This document shows positions 26,850-38,711 of a stretch of DNA of 64,000 nucleotides, one piece after another. Origin of the DNA: the human T2T-CHM13v2.0 reference genome, Homo sapiens. Location: NCBI RefSeq assembly GCF_009914755.1, contig NC_060928.1, one strand, 5' to 3'. A program made the translations under genes and the position numbers. Position 1 is the stretch's first letter, and each line of letters starts with the position of its first letter. The notes under the pieces are model-generated. The model ran no database searches and was not told the DNA's origin. It worked only from the letters and a program-made list of their open reading frames with translations.

Positions 26850-29720
26850 TAACTTAATTCAGCAATTGTTTATTGAGTACCTACCACAAACCAAGCATTT
26901 TTTGCAATTTTAATAGCAAAAGTAAATTTTGATTTAATTTAATATATCTCTAGTTGCAGAAGACATAACTCTTAACAAGACAAGTATCGTTCTTTCCTCT
27001 ACTGAACTTAGACTCCAGCAGTAGAGAGACAATGAAAGAAATAGTTATAATAAATCATGCCAAGTGTCTGATAAGCAAAGTTTAGGATCTTGAGGAAGGC
27101 ATAAAAATAATCACAATGGGCAAGGGGAAGATTATACAAGGAAGAGAATTTTCATCTAAAGCCTAAAATGTAAGTAGGGTTTAGCGGATAGGGAAGTGGG
27201 TAGAAGACTGTTAAAGGTAAGAAGCACTCTGGGCAAAAGCTCCAAGACTGTCATGCTCATGAAACCAAACACAAATTTAATCAATGTATATTTTATGGAT
27301 AATCAGCATATATACAACATCTACACAATATCCATTCCACACACTGTAACTGTAGCTTCTATGATCACAGAACCCAGTAGGAAACAGAATCCTAAGAGAA
27401 ATTATTATCATCATAGCAGCTTCCATACCACGGGAGTTAGCAATACCCCAAATGAAACCCCATTCCTAGGAATACTTTCACAAAGATTCTGTGAGCTTTA
27501 AAATTATATCTAAAATCACTTCTCATCTCCCATCCCTCTCCATCACTTACTGCAATCACTTCCATCTATTTGACATAGAAGAGGAGGCTGAAGTGATTGC
27601 TTTTAGGGAGGTTTACAATCTTTTTTTTTTTTTTTTTGTCTTGTGTGGTCTCCAATTCCCTCTTTTTGAGAAAGAAAAAAATAGCCTTGAGAGTTTTCAT
27701 TTGTTATGACATTAAGAGCTAGGCCATAGCTTTCTTCTTTTAAACACACACAATTTCAGGAAAAATGACATCTGAGGAGGCACTCTGTGATCGTGATGCA
27801 AGCTGAAACCTTTCTAACTTTCACTGAGTACAGATAAAAACAAGGAACTGTGCAAACCACAAACATGACCAATTTCCCTCCCTCCCATCTCGCCTCAGTG
27901 AATGCTGCTTCTTTACCAATCATGGCTCCAACTGTTACTCCTCGTTTCTCAGTAAAAACAACAAGAACAACAACAACAAAACCCAAAAATCTAAGAGATC
28001 AAATTATGGAATTATTCCCTCTTCCTGAGAACACCCAGTTCAGAGAAAACCTCTGCTTCCTGCAGCCCTCAAAAAATCATTCACAACAAGCCATAATCCT
28101 TTAACAATTCCCACTTAATGCTTTTTGCAGAGGCCTTCATTGCTGCACTGTAGATATGTTCCTGGTGGTCTATAGCCAGACATTTTATTTGTTTACTCCA
28201 TGCATTTTATGAACTTCAGCTGTCTTTCAGAAACACTGAAACTTTGACACCATGTATCTTTAAGCAAAACATCAAAAATCCTGCAATTAATATTTTTCTA
28301 CAACTTTATTTGCAGAGCCTGACAAATAATTCTGCAGACACACTTCTTTAAAGAAATTTTTGAATTTTTTTTTTTTACTCAATAACAAGGGAAGGAAAAA
28401 AGAGGAGCCATTTAAACAATTGTAAGTAAAAGACAAAGGAGGAAGTCTGCTTTAGATATTGGACATCTTTATAATGAATAATGTAATTAAACAGGTTGAA
28501 ATGCAGTAGATGTGGGGAAGTGGCAGTGGTGGTGAAGCCTGAAGTAAGCAGGGATTATCTCATGAGAAGCCTTGGAAACCATGCTACAGTTTTTACACAT
28601 TATTCCACACAGAATGCCAAATAGCTGAAAATTGTTAAGCTAGGGAAAGACACAATGAGGTGTGAATTTTTAAAGCGTCTCTTTGGGGCTAGCATCCATA
28701 ATGGAACAATATTGGAGAGATGAAGGTCATTAGGAGGCAGCTGAGTTGAGGAATGCTTGTGTTTATGCAGGGACAGAGGAGATGGAAGGGAGTATATACA
28801 CCTAATATTAAGGGGTAGAAATGCTAGGGCTGTAAGAATGTTTTTGAATGGGAGAGGTGGAGGAATAAAGAATCACATAAAAGTTATATATTAGGGAATA
28901 GAGAAGACGATACTCTGGAAAGCTATTAAGGGAAGTACATTTGGAGACAGAAGTTCAGTTTTAGATGCGGAAGTAGAAGTGCCAGAGGCATTTGAGAGGA
29001 GGGTCTAAGAGTCAGTTGAATATATGGGTCAAGAGCTCAGTAGAGATGTCTCTGCTGAGGGTAGAGATTTGGGAATGAGCAGCACTTAGATAATAACTCA
29101 AGTCGAAAGAGTAACTGTGGTTGCCCAAGGAGAGTGTACATAGGCACCTTGAACTCTAATGCTGCAGGACCCAGGAAAAAAACATAGACATATAAATTCA
29201 GTCTCCATATGAATGCATAGAGAGTGGAAGAAAAAACAAAGAGTGCATGCCCTTCCAAGAGATTGTTAAGAAAAAAAAATGAATTGCATGTAATCTGGAA
29301 AAGACCAAAAAAAAAAAAAAAAAAAGGAACCAAGGGGGAAAGGACAGGATAGTTTTTAGGGCACCACTCTGAAGAATGTTCACACTTTCATAATAGGTTG
29401 ATAAAATGGAACATAAAACGTGGGTAGGAAATAGAGGGAGAAGAGAAAGCCATGAGAGCGTGGTGCCACAGAAACGATGAAGGATAGTATTTTAAGGAAG
29501 AAGAAATGCCAGTAGTGCCCAATGCTGGGACCCTCTTAAATAAGTTATGGCTTTAAAAGGTCACGTTAGCCTTAGTGATGACAACGTGGTTTGGGCTGAT
29601 TGGCATGAAGAGCTTCTGAGAAGCAGTGTCTTTAGAATTTGTTGTTAGGTTGAGGATTTAAAGGGATAAACGGACGAAAGACAAAGTCAGCAACTGTAGT
29701 CAATCTATTCAGTGTTCGTT
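26850..29720 (-). mobile_element. L2 element (antisense), split by a ~1.2-kb non-L2 insert at ~27262-28475
   Basis: L2 3' end attcagcaattgtttattgagtacctacca at ~26857. Purine-rich L2 body resumes at ~28476 and includes aagttcagttttagatg and cagttgaatatatgggtc. Confidence 0.75.
27262..28475 (-). pseudogene. Probable retrocopied mRNA 3'UTR fragment (parent gene not identified)
   Basis: Unique-looking sequence interrupting a collinear L2. The minus strand ends ...gttgtatatatgctgattatccataaaatatacattgATTAAAtttgtgtttggtttc, with the ATTAAA (27276-27281) about 15 nt from the junction. No poly(A) tail is left. Confidence 0.5.
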
Positions 29721-29857
29721 TGAATAACAGTATATAACATATAATAATATACAGAGATATTGAAAAATAAACTATGCTCACAAACTGTTTGATACCCTTA
29801 CTTTGCAGAAATAGAACCTAATCCTCTCATTTGCGCTTACGCGCCTTCTACTGCAGT

Positions 29858-29872
29858 CCAATAGATGGCGCT
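29858..29872 (+). promoter_or_regulatory. Candidate CTCF site overlapping a YY1-like AGATGGCG core
   Basis: CCAATAGATGGCGCT differs at one position from the common CTCF core CCACTAGATGGCGCT. It lies in a patch with 12 CpGs in 29831-30041. Confidence 0.55.
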
Positions 29873-29899
29873 TAAGAGCGATAGCCGGCTCACCCTCAG

Positions 29900-31050
29900 G
29901 CAGGCTGATGACCAGCGGAAGCATACTAGGTGATGCAAGCAGTGGCAGGATGAGATTCTGTTGAGGTGTGCGCTGAGGCCTCGGGGGAAGGGGAGCTAAA
30001 GGGGTAGCACCCGTTCCTCATCCTGAGCCGGCAGGAACACGGTCTGCTTCCCTATCATGCCCCTGTTGCAGGGCTCATGACCTTCAGTTCATAAAGACTT
30101 TGTCCTTTGTTTCCCAGCCACAGTGCGGATAGGCCCAAACTCTGTCACTGGTCTGTCCTGCATTGCTACTGCTCTGTGTAGGAAGTGGGAGTTGAGCCCA
30201 AACCTTTATATAAAGGCTCGCTTTCAGCGGGGGTGGGGCAGCTACAAAAAGTGAAGGAGAACTCTCTAGGTGCACATGCGCCAGACCCCAGGGTAAAGAA
30301 CCACTGCTGCAACCTCAACAGAGGATGGGGTGGGGCAGGAGAGCACCCCCTCTCCACGTCTGTTCCCAGGCATCAGTGCTGCCCCCTTCAGTGATTGGCT
30401 CTGCACCCACGTTTTCTTTGTCCCAAGAGGGATTCTCTCAGGGTTTGTTCCCCTCTCCCTGAGGGGTGGTCCACACCCAGGTTTGTATTACTCAGTGACC
30501 CGCTAGTCCCCTGTGCATGCCAGAGTCAGACTCAGTTGTGAGGTGTGTTTGGGAGGGATCTGGTGGTGCGGTGACTCAACGGCAGAAGATCCCTGCGCAG
30601 AGCAGTGGCCCACTGTGAATGCACCACCAGTATGGCACCTGCCATCTGGGTTCAGGCCTGGGAGGAGTGTAGCCTGCCTGCATGAGCTGGCCACACGGTT
30701 CTGCATCTCCGGCAAGTTCCCAAATCGTTACAGATAGCATTGCCTTGGGTTATGAGGGCAGAGGGGCTTCCCCACAGTGTTAGCAGTCAGCAGATTGCCG
30801 CAGGGGTGAGGGGAGCAGCAGAGAGGCACTCCTACTAACCCTTTCCATGGGGCTCTGAGTTCCCTGGGAGTCAATCCCTGCAGACTCCTGCAGCTTTCCT
30901 TTTCTGCATCGCATCTTTTCCCATAGGCACTCCAACAGGCCCTGGCTTTCTTCCCTCAGTTTTCCATTTGGAACTTGTCCATTCACTAGTAACATTTATC
31001 TTCTTTATGGAGATAATTGGCAATCAATGGGTCTAGTCAGACATCTTGAA
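29900..31050 (-). mobile_element. Isolated LINE-1 5'UTR (L1M2/L1MA/L1PB-like), antisense
   Basis: GC-rich block whose minus strand begins ttcaagatgtctgactagac (31050-31031), matching the caagatggctgactag start of L1M/L1PB 5'UTRs. No ORF1 follows. Confidence 0.65.
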
Positions 31051-31159
31051 AAACAACCTTCTATGTTGTTGGAATTTTATGGTCTCACAATGTGAATGGG
31101 TACAGTAGTCGTGTTAAGTATTCTGGAGTCGTGATATCTATTGTGAATGCCGTGTCTTT

Positions 31160-32120
31160 TGTCAGATCTGAAAAATGTTCTCAGTATTTCTTTGAAAGTT
31201 GCCTGTACCTTTTGTTTTTATTCTTTCTATAACTTACATTGCATATACACTAGACATTATTATTCTATTCTCCATCTCTCAATCCCTTTTCCATTTATTC
31301 CATTTTGATCACACTCTGTGTTTCATTCTCAGCAAATAATCAGTTCTAGGGGACATTTATTCTTTTCTTTGCCATATCTTAACTGTTATTTAAACCATCC
31401 ACTTATGTTATCATTTCAATGGCTGTTGTTAGTATCAAGATTTTATTTTTCAAATCTGTTCTTTTAAAAATACTGTCATCCTCTCCTTATATCTTCCATT
31501 TTTACAATTTTGTTTTTATCATCATAAATATTATTTTCTAATCTTCAATTTTTCTGTTACCTGAAATTTAGATTAGTTCATTATATGTGATGCATTTTGT
31601 TTATGGGAGATTATTTTTAGTTTGTTATTTTGATTTCAAATCATCCTGTTTTTGAATCTTATGTGACCTGGATTGAGGGTGTACCTGTCCACATCAGTTT
31701 GACATTTGCTTTTGCCAAGTGTCCAAGGCTCTCTCCGCCTTAGGACTAATGTGTTATTTATTCAGTGTAGAGTCCTGAGCTACTCAATAACATGCATTTA
31801 CATCACAGACTGATTGAGGGCATAACTGTGATTCTGAAATGTTAAGGATCCCAAGTTAAGAAAGACATATTTCCATTACATCTACCTCTTCGAAGACACT
31901 AATTTATTTATTTATTTTTCTGGAACACATGTTACTGAGGATGTATCCAGTTTTATATAGAAGACTGAATTACAATTCCACACAGACATCACTTTGCAGT
32001 TGATTTCTTCAGATTTATCTTATTTTCTTCTAAACTCGTCCATACATTTAAAGACATAACAGTTTTTCGAGTATTTTAAAGTATTTTTTAGTGAGAGGGT
32101 TTTTGGATTACGTAGTCCAT
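31160..32120 (-). mobile_element. HAL1/L1ME-type 5'/ORF1 fragment, antisense
   Basis: tcagatctgaaaaatgttctcag, cttaactgttatttaaaccatccact and terminal gagggtttttggattacgtagtcc resemble antisense HAL1/L1ME. Confidence 0.5.
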
Positions 32121-32843
32121 GGAATGTAGTTCATGGAACAAACAGAAATTTCATGACTTAATTGTTGAAGTAATCCTCTTTCATTGAATACTCGCAATTT
32201 GGAAAAATCTATGTTGCATAATCAATTTAGTGTTCTATACTTTGCTTATTGAGCTTCCTTCAGTGATTTATGTTTCTTTACTTATTCATGGTTTTATGTT
32301 CCTCTCAAACCTCTACAGATAAAGGTATCAGACTCTCTAGAATAGAGGCAGACAAGAACAAGTAGAACATACTAAATTTTCTGATGTTGAAAACTGCTGT
32401 AGAAGAATTGACGATCCATTACCTTTGTACTGAAGAATAGAGTGGATTTCTTTCTGTCTCTAGGACTTACTGTGTGAGTTATTGTCCTTTCTTCTCCCCA
32501 GGTACTAAAATGAAACTAACTCCACCACTGAAATTTTCCTTCAGGCCCACCAGGGTTGTAGGTTTGGGCCAACTTCTGATAATCACAAGCAAAATGTAGA
32601 AAATGAGGTTCTTCTCAACATGATTTACACACCAAGTTATGGAATTTATTTTTAGGAAAGGAGGTGTAAACCAAGTCAGGGCTGTTCAAGATGCCAATAC
32701 TACAGAACTTGAAAATTTTTTCACAGTAAGAAAATAATGGAATTCTTTTATATTTTGGCTTCAACATATAGAGATTCTCAGAATCAACGGCCACTACAGA
32801 ATAAGATGCCATCTACAAATAGGAATGAACAAATGGCAAACTA

Positions 32844-33180
<337 letters not shown>

Positions 33181-34080
33181 TGAAATATAATCATGTAAAT
33201 GTTAACAAATATAAAAACAATTACTTCTTTCAACAAATAAAAAGACTAACACAATTTTGAAGCTACTGAGGATTTCCATTGATTTCTGTTAATGAGTATT
33301 CCTTCTTTCTTGCGTTCCACTGCATTTAATCAGTTAGAAAAGGCAAGTCTGCTTATTTTCAAAATCCTCATTTCCCAATGGTAAATTGAAAACCTAGAAA
33401 ACAATTATGGAAGAAGTGGCAGAGTGAAATGCAATAGTCACTCATGCTATTTAAAGTTTTCCTGAAGATCCATTTTCAATTGCTTCTTTCTCATTTAAAT
33501 GCTTTGTACATATGTACTCAAAAACCTGTGGTCTAGAATTTGAAAACTTGTTTTGACCAATGTATAAAGTGTCTCCTTAAAATATCACACTAAAGAACAG
33601 AGTTCTAGAGAGTACATAAAAATACTCTTTCTTTTCGGTCTTCTAATTTTTGCAATCTAATGTTTGGATCAAAATCAAAGATAATTTATGTAGTACAGTA
33701 AATCAAATTTGATTGATCATTATTATTTTATGTATCTGAGGGGAAATTTCAGCAACTGGTTCATAAATAGAGTGGCTAAATAGAGTTTTATGTCTACATA
33801 TTTGGAAAAAAAGAAAAAAATGAAGTCACCTCAATTTAATCATATTATGCCTTTATTTTGAGAAAGATTTGCTTTGCTTGTTTTAAATTAGGACACAGAA
33901 GAGAAAGAGTGTAATAATGCCTTTCAGATAAGTAAAAAGAATGGTGCGTTCTTGTGTTGCCATCTCTGTTTAGCATCAATGAAGCTACAGGCTCAGCAGC
34001 ATAAAAGCAATTGTCTCTTTAACAGCGAAATCTTATTTGTGCACAGCATTAGCAATAGCCCCAAGGCAACAATGAAGATG

Positions 34081-34170
34081 TTTTCAAAGTATTGCTTGGG
34101 AATTTGTCAGTGATTCTCATTGACATTAATGGGAGTTTTATAGGCAGTTTTACTCCCTTCACTTTGAAAT
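34081..34170. repeat. Imperfect ~90-bp palindrome resembling an ancient amniote MITE
   Basis: tttcaaagt (34082-34090) pairs with actttgaaa (34161-34169). The central ctcattgacattaatgggag has its dyad axis within 1 bp of the same centre. Confidence 0.55.
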
Positions 34171-34539
34171 GTGTAAGAGAGAGTTTCTGCAAGTGTTTTG
34201 TGCAGTCTTCTTACAAATTTCAGGAAGAAATGCTTTCAACTGCGAATGTGTCTAAAAAATGTTGAAATAACTGTTGATCTGGGGGACAAAATCAACTATA
34301 AATCTTGGTATCCACTTTAACCAAAGTGGTTATTTCAGTTTTTAATAGCGGACATTTTATCCTTCCTCTCCCTTTCAAATTTTAGCTTTTTATAATGGAT
34401 AATACATTTGTAGTTGGTATGAATTGATAACACTTGTAAGAGAACCGATCTACTTGCACCATGTAACTGGACATAACACATGAAAATGCAATACCAAAAT
34501 GTTTATTTTTACAGTGGTGAGCAATGATATTAGTTATCC

Positions 34540-35000
34540 ATTTACTTATTTATAATGCTTAGCACTTCACCAGACACAGTGAATATAAAGGTGGTAAAAA
34601 ATCATGGAGCTATTACTAAAATTAAAAGAAATCAAATACTCATAACAGAAGGGCTTGTAAAATCATAATACGAAAAGCACCATGAAGAGACACATACATA
34701 ATAAGAGGAATAATAGGGAGGTCCAGGAAGGATCTGGAAAGAATAATCCTTCAGCTGAGTTTTAAATGATGAGTTGGTGTTATGGTAATAGAGGGATGAG
34801 GAAAACCATTTCCCAAAGAGGGGATATCAAGTGAAAAACAGTTCTGTGATAGAAAGGATTATAGCAACTACCTGAAATTTTTAATAGGACACTGTGGCTT
34901 GAGTGGGCAAGGGTAGGAAGCCATGACCCATAAAGAGGCAGGGATGGTAGCAGAGATCAGACTGTAGAGATTTTAGTAGATGATGTTAGAGAACTTGGTT
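34540..35000 (-). mobile_element. L2 fragment
   Basis: tccatttacttattt...ttcagctgagttttaaatgatgagttggtgtt...cagagatcagactgtagaga. Confidence 0.55.
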
Positions 35001-35004
35001 ATTA

Positions 35005-35223
35005 GGTGGGAGAGTGTGTGTGAGAATGAAGGGGGAAGAGCCCCTTATAAAACCATCAGATCTTTTAAGAACTCACTTACTATCATGAGAACAGCATGGG
35101 GGAAACGGAAATGGCTCCCATGATCCAAGCACCTCCCACCTGATCCTCACCTGACATGTGGGGCTTATGGAGATTACAAATCGAAATGAGATTTAGGTGG
35201 AGACACAGAGCCAAACCGCATGA
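35005..35223 (-). mobile_element. THE1C/D MaLR LTR, 5' half only
   Basis: ccccttataaaaccatcagatct...actatcatgagaacagcatggggga...gagatttaggtggagacacagagccaaacc. Confidence 0.85.
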
Positions 35224-37369
35224 ATTGTCAATGCTAATAAATCATTAAGTAATAAAAGGGTTAAATTATATATAAATATATAGGTGGCTAGACAAATACA
35301 GATATAAGTGTATATTAAATTTAGCAAAAGAGAAAGAGCAATGGTGATATTGGAAAAGGTATTTGCATTTGTAAGATCAGAAAAAATCATCTCAATCATT
35401 GGCTATGAATTGAGAAAGATTAGCAAACCAAAAGTTGGAAGGATCAAAGTCTAGAGGATTGTGTGTACTGTATTTGATTCAGAAGACAGTTCTTTGAGTA
35501 TGTGTAAATACTGATTATTATAATTCAGTACAGAAAAGCAATCGGAGATCCAAGGGAGTTCAGAGATAGTGAATAGAGTAAGTCACAAGGAAGGGCAGAA
35601 GGATTTGCTTTTTTAAAAAAGATGGAAACTGACTTCCACTACACTTAATGACAGGGAAGAGGGAACCTAAGAGCCAGGTAAATTGACAGATTTGTCAAAG
35701 AAAAAGTTTTGTCCCAAGCATAACAAATGAGTATATTTTGTATCCTGAACCTTTGCAGCCTACAACAATCTTTAATAATGGCATGTTTAAAATTAGAACT
35801 ATATTATTGCTTGGTCCTCTACCTCTGTTTTCTGTCTGATTCCATTTTATGTTTTCCTGTTAGTTGACTGTATTGTGCACTAATGCTAAGGTGTGAAACT
35901 TTTAAATTCTAACTTCATATACAGATATATGTTTAACGTTTGCTTTTTCTATATGCTGTTATTATTCTGATAGAAGATATTGATGTCATCTTGAAGCATG
36001 TTACCAGTCTTTCAACAACTTTTATGGATATATAAAATATATTCTCTCTTTCTCATACACACATACATGCATTCTTTTAAACTAGATAACTAAAACAAAA
36101 CTTTCTTCCTGAAAAACAAAACTAGCCACTTATAAAAGTGAAATGTTGCCTACCCTCTCTGAAATGGTACCCTATTTTCATATTCTCTGAAATGACAAAA
36201 TTTTTGTCATGATTTTGATTTCTTTGCTGCAAGTTAATAAAATTTGATAAATGTTTCTGATAAATTTGTCTATGAAATGTTGTTTTAACCAATTTTGTGA
36301 TTGAAAAGTAAGTAAGATGCTATCTAACATTATCGATGAAGCCTGGGTGGGAGGTCATTTACTGTGGAATATAGAGTTGATGTTTTAAAAAAGTAAAGGA
36401 TATTTTAAATAATCCCTGGGAAAGTGAACTGGCCAAGGAAAATGGGAGAGATTGTGGGTTAGCATTAAGATACACTTGATATTGGAGATTATAAATCTTA
36501 TTTTATTTTACTGCCCAAGCTTTCAAATATTGCAATTATGCAACCCTTAATCTGTGGGAAACTTTAAAAGTCCATATACCTTGTGAGGTATTCTTATATC
36601 TAAATTGAAATGTTCCTACTGGGATAGCAATATGTTTTTGTCTGTTTCTTCTTTGATAAAGGGTAATATATTTCTACTTGCCTCCTACTGATGGATTTTT
36701 ATTTGTACCCCAAAACTAAGATTGTTAGCATTTGGATTTCTCCCCTTTAGATAAAATAGTTTGTTTTAACCCATTTTCTTCTTTGTCCTTTACTTTAATC
36801 TCAGTATCAAATTATTGCTTGGTACTTTCAATGGCAAAATTAAATTACCAAACTTTCCACAAGATTTCATCTCTTTTTAAGAAATAGGTGTGCCATGTTT
36901 TCCCTCTTTCCACTATCTGTGAACAGAAGCTTTGTAAGCAATTGGGTAAAGGCACCAGGAGAAGTGAAGCATCAGATAAAATCATAGTGTACTTTTTGGA
37001 GATATGGCAGGCATATGGAAGACTGTTATACAATAAGTAAAATATTTCATGATGAGGAAAACTTTAAAAAGAGAATATGCAAGAATTATAAGGAGAAATA
37101 AATCTTAAAGATAAGCTAGAAAAGAAAGGAATGTTAAAGACTACTGTTACCTTTTCAACTAAAGTATGTATTTTTTCTTATGTCAGTATATATAAATATC
37201 AGAAAACAACACCAATTCAGCCATGATCTAACTTCTCACTTAATTGTTATTATACTAGAAGATTTTATTTTATTGTCATTATGTTCTCAAGGTTGGGGCA
37301 ACAGAAGTTCCCCAAGTGAGTTTCCCAATAGGACAGCAGATGATGTAACTCAACTAGCATTTAAATGAC

Positions 37370-37560
37370 CATAGTGGTCTACCACTTACCAAATCTGTGA
37401 CTTCTAGGGGGCTGCTCAACTTCTTACCCTCAGTATCTTCCTCTGAAAATAAGAATAATTTATTCTTCAAAAGAATTTGTGAAAAGTAAATGACTAGTAT
37501 ATGAAAATTATGGAGTCAATTTTCTGACACATAAAATGAATTAAATAAATAATAGTTTCT
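37370..37560 (+). mobile_element. MIR remnant
   Basis: ctaccacttaccaaatctgtgactt...cctcagtatcttcctctgaaaataagaataat. Confidence 0.6.
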
Positions 37561-38210
37561 TTTCCTCTTCAGGGTTTCAGCTAAACTTAGTGAACTAACT
37601 TTGGGCTTTTGATAGATATTCGTAATCATGCCAATCCAATAGTTTAACAATCTTCTAAATTCCTCTAGGAATCCTGGAATCCCAAAAAGATTTAAACTTT
37701 ACTGCCTCAAAACTTTAAAGACATAGCCTTTAAAAAATGTAAACCTATTTCTCATGGAACAAATATCATGATCAAAAAAATTTAGATTTGGAAAGTACTT
37801 TGAATCCTGGGTAGCTCAACCTTCCATACAATGTAATGTTTTCTAAAGACTGCCAGCCAGGGTCTATTTGGATATTTCATTGATAAGGAATTCATTCTGG
37901 GAGGTTTTTTCAAGATATTTGACACCTTTAATTATTATTACTATTATTATTTCAATGTAAGCACACAGTTTGCTTAGCCACACTAATACCAAAAACCTCT
38001 CTTCCCCTAGAGTGGACAGAAGCTTAAATTTTACCACAGGTCTTTTACATAGCCTTTGCTGAACTGTTTGGAATCTGTGTCATGCACTGGTGCTTCAGAT
38101 AACTGGACAAAACTTATACGTACAATTTGACAGTACCCTTGTCTGGCTTTTTCCAGTCTGGAATTCCACTTCTCTCATTTTCTACTAACTGCAGTTTCCC
38201 TAGTCCCCAT

Positions 38211-38711
38211 TGTGGTAGGCAGAATAATGACTTTCCCCACCTAAGACCTCTATATCCTGATCCCCAGAACCTGTATATGTTACCTTACATGGCAAAAGGG
38301 ACTTCAAAGATGTGACAAAGGTTATGGATCTTGAGATGGAGAGATTATTCTGGATTTTCTGAGTAGGCTTAGTCTAATCACATGAATCCTTAAAACCAGA
38401 AAACCATTTTGGCTTTGGTCAGAGAGAGATGTAATAAAGGGTCAGAGAATTAATCCATTGCTAGTTGTGTAGGTACAGGACACATCCATAAGCGAAGGAA
38501 TAGGAATGGCTTCTAGAATTGGTAAAGGCAAGGAAGTGGATCCTTCCCCAGATCTTTAATAAAGAAACATAGCCCTGCCCTCACCTTGATGTTAGCCCAG
38601 TGAAATCGTGTCAAGTTTCCAACCTAAAGAACTGTAATAAGATTCATTTTCATTGTTTTAATCCACTAAGCTTTTGGTAATTTGTTGTGGTAACAACAGA
38701 AGGCTAACATA
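38211..38711 (+). mobile_element. MLT1D MaLR solo LTR
   Basis: Starts tgtggtaggcagaataatg; internal atgttaccttacatggcaaaagggact; ends ggtaatttgttgtggtaacaacagaaggctaacata. Flanks cccat/cccag (5-bp TSD, one mismatch); ~500 bp. Confidence 0.9.

Noticed and set aside
27850-28104. Thr-rich 84-aa ORF as a coding exon
   Set aside because: The Thr run comes from an (AAC)n tract, and the ORF lies antisense within the putative 3'UTR retrocopy.
30084-30995. GC-rich cluster of overlapping ORFs as a gene or CpG-island first exon
   Set aside because: Better explained as an antisense L1 5'UTR. Higher GC content simply lowers stop-codon frequency on both strands.
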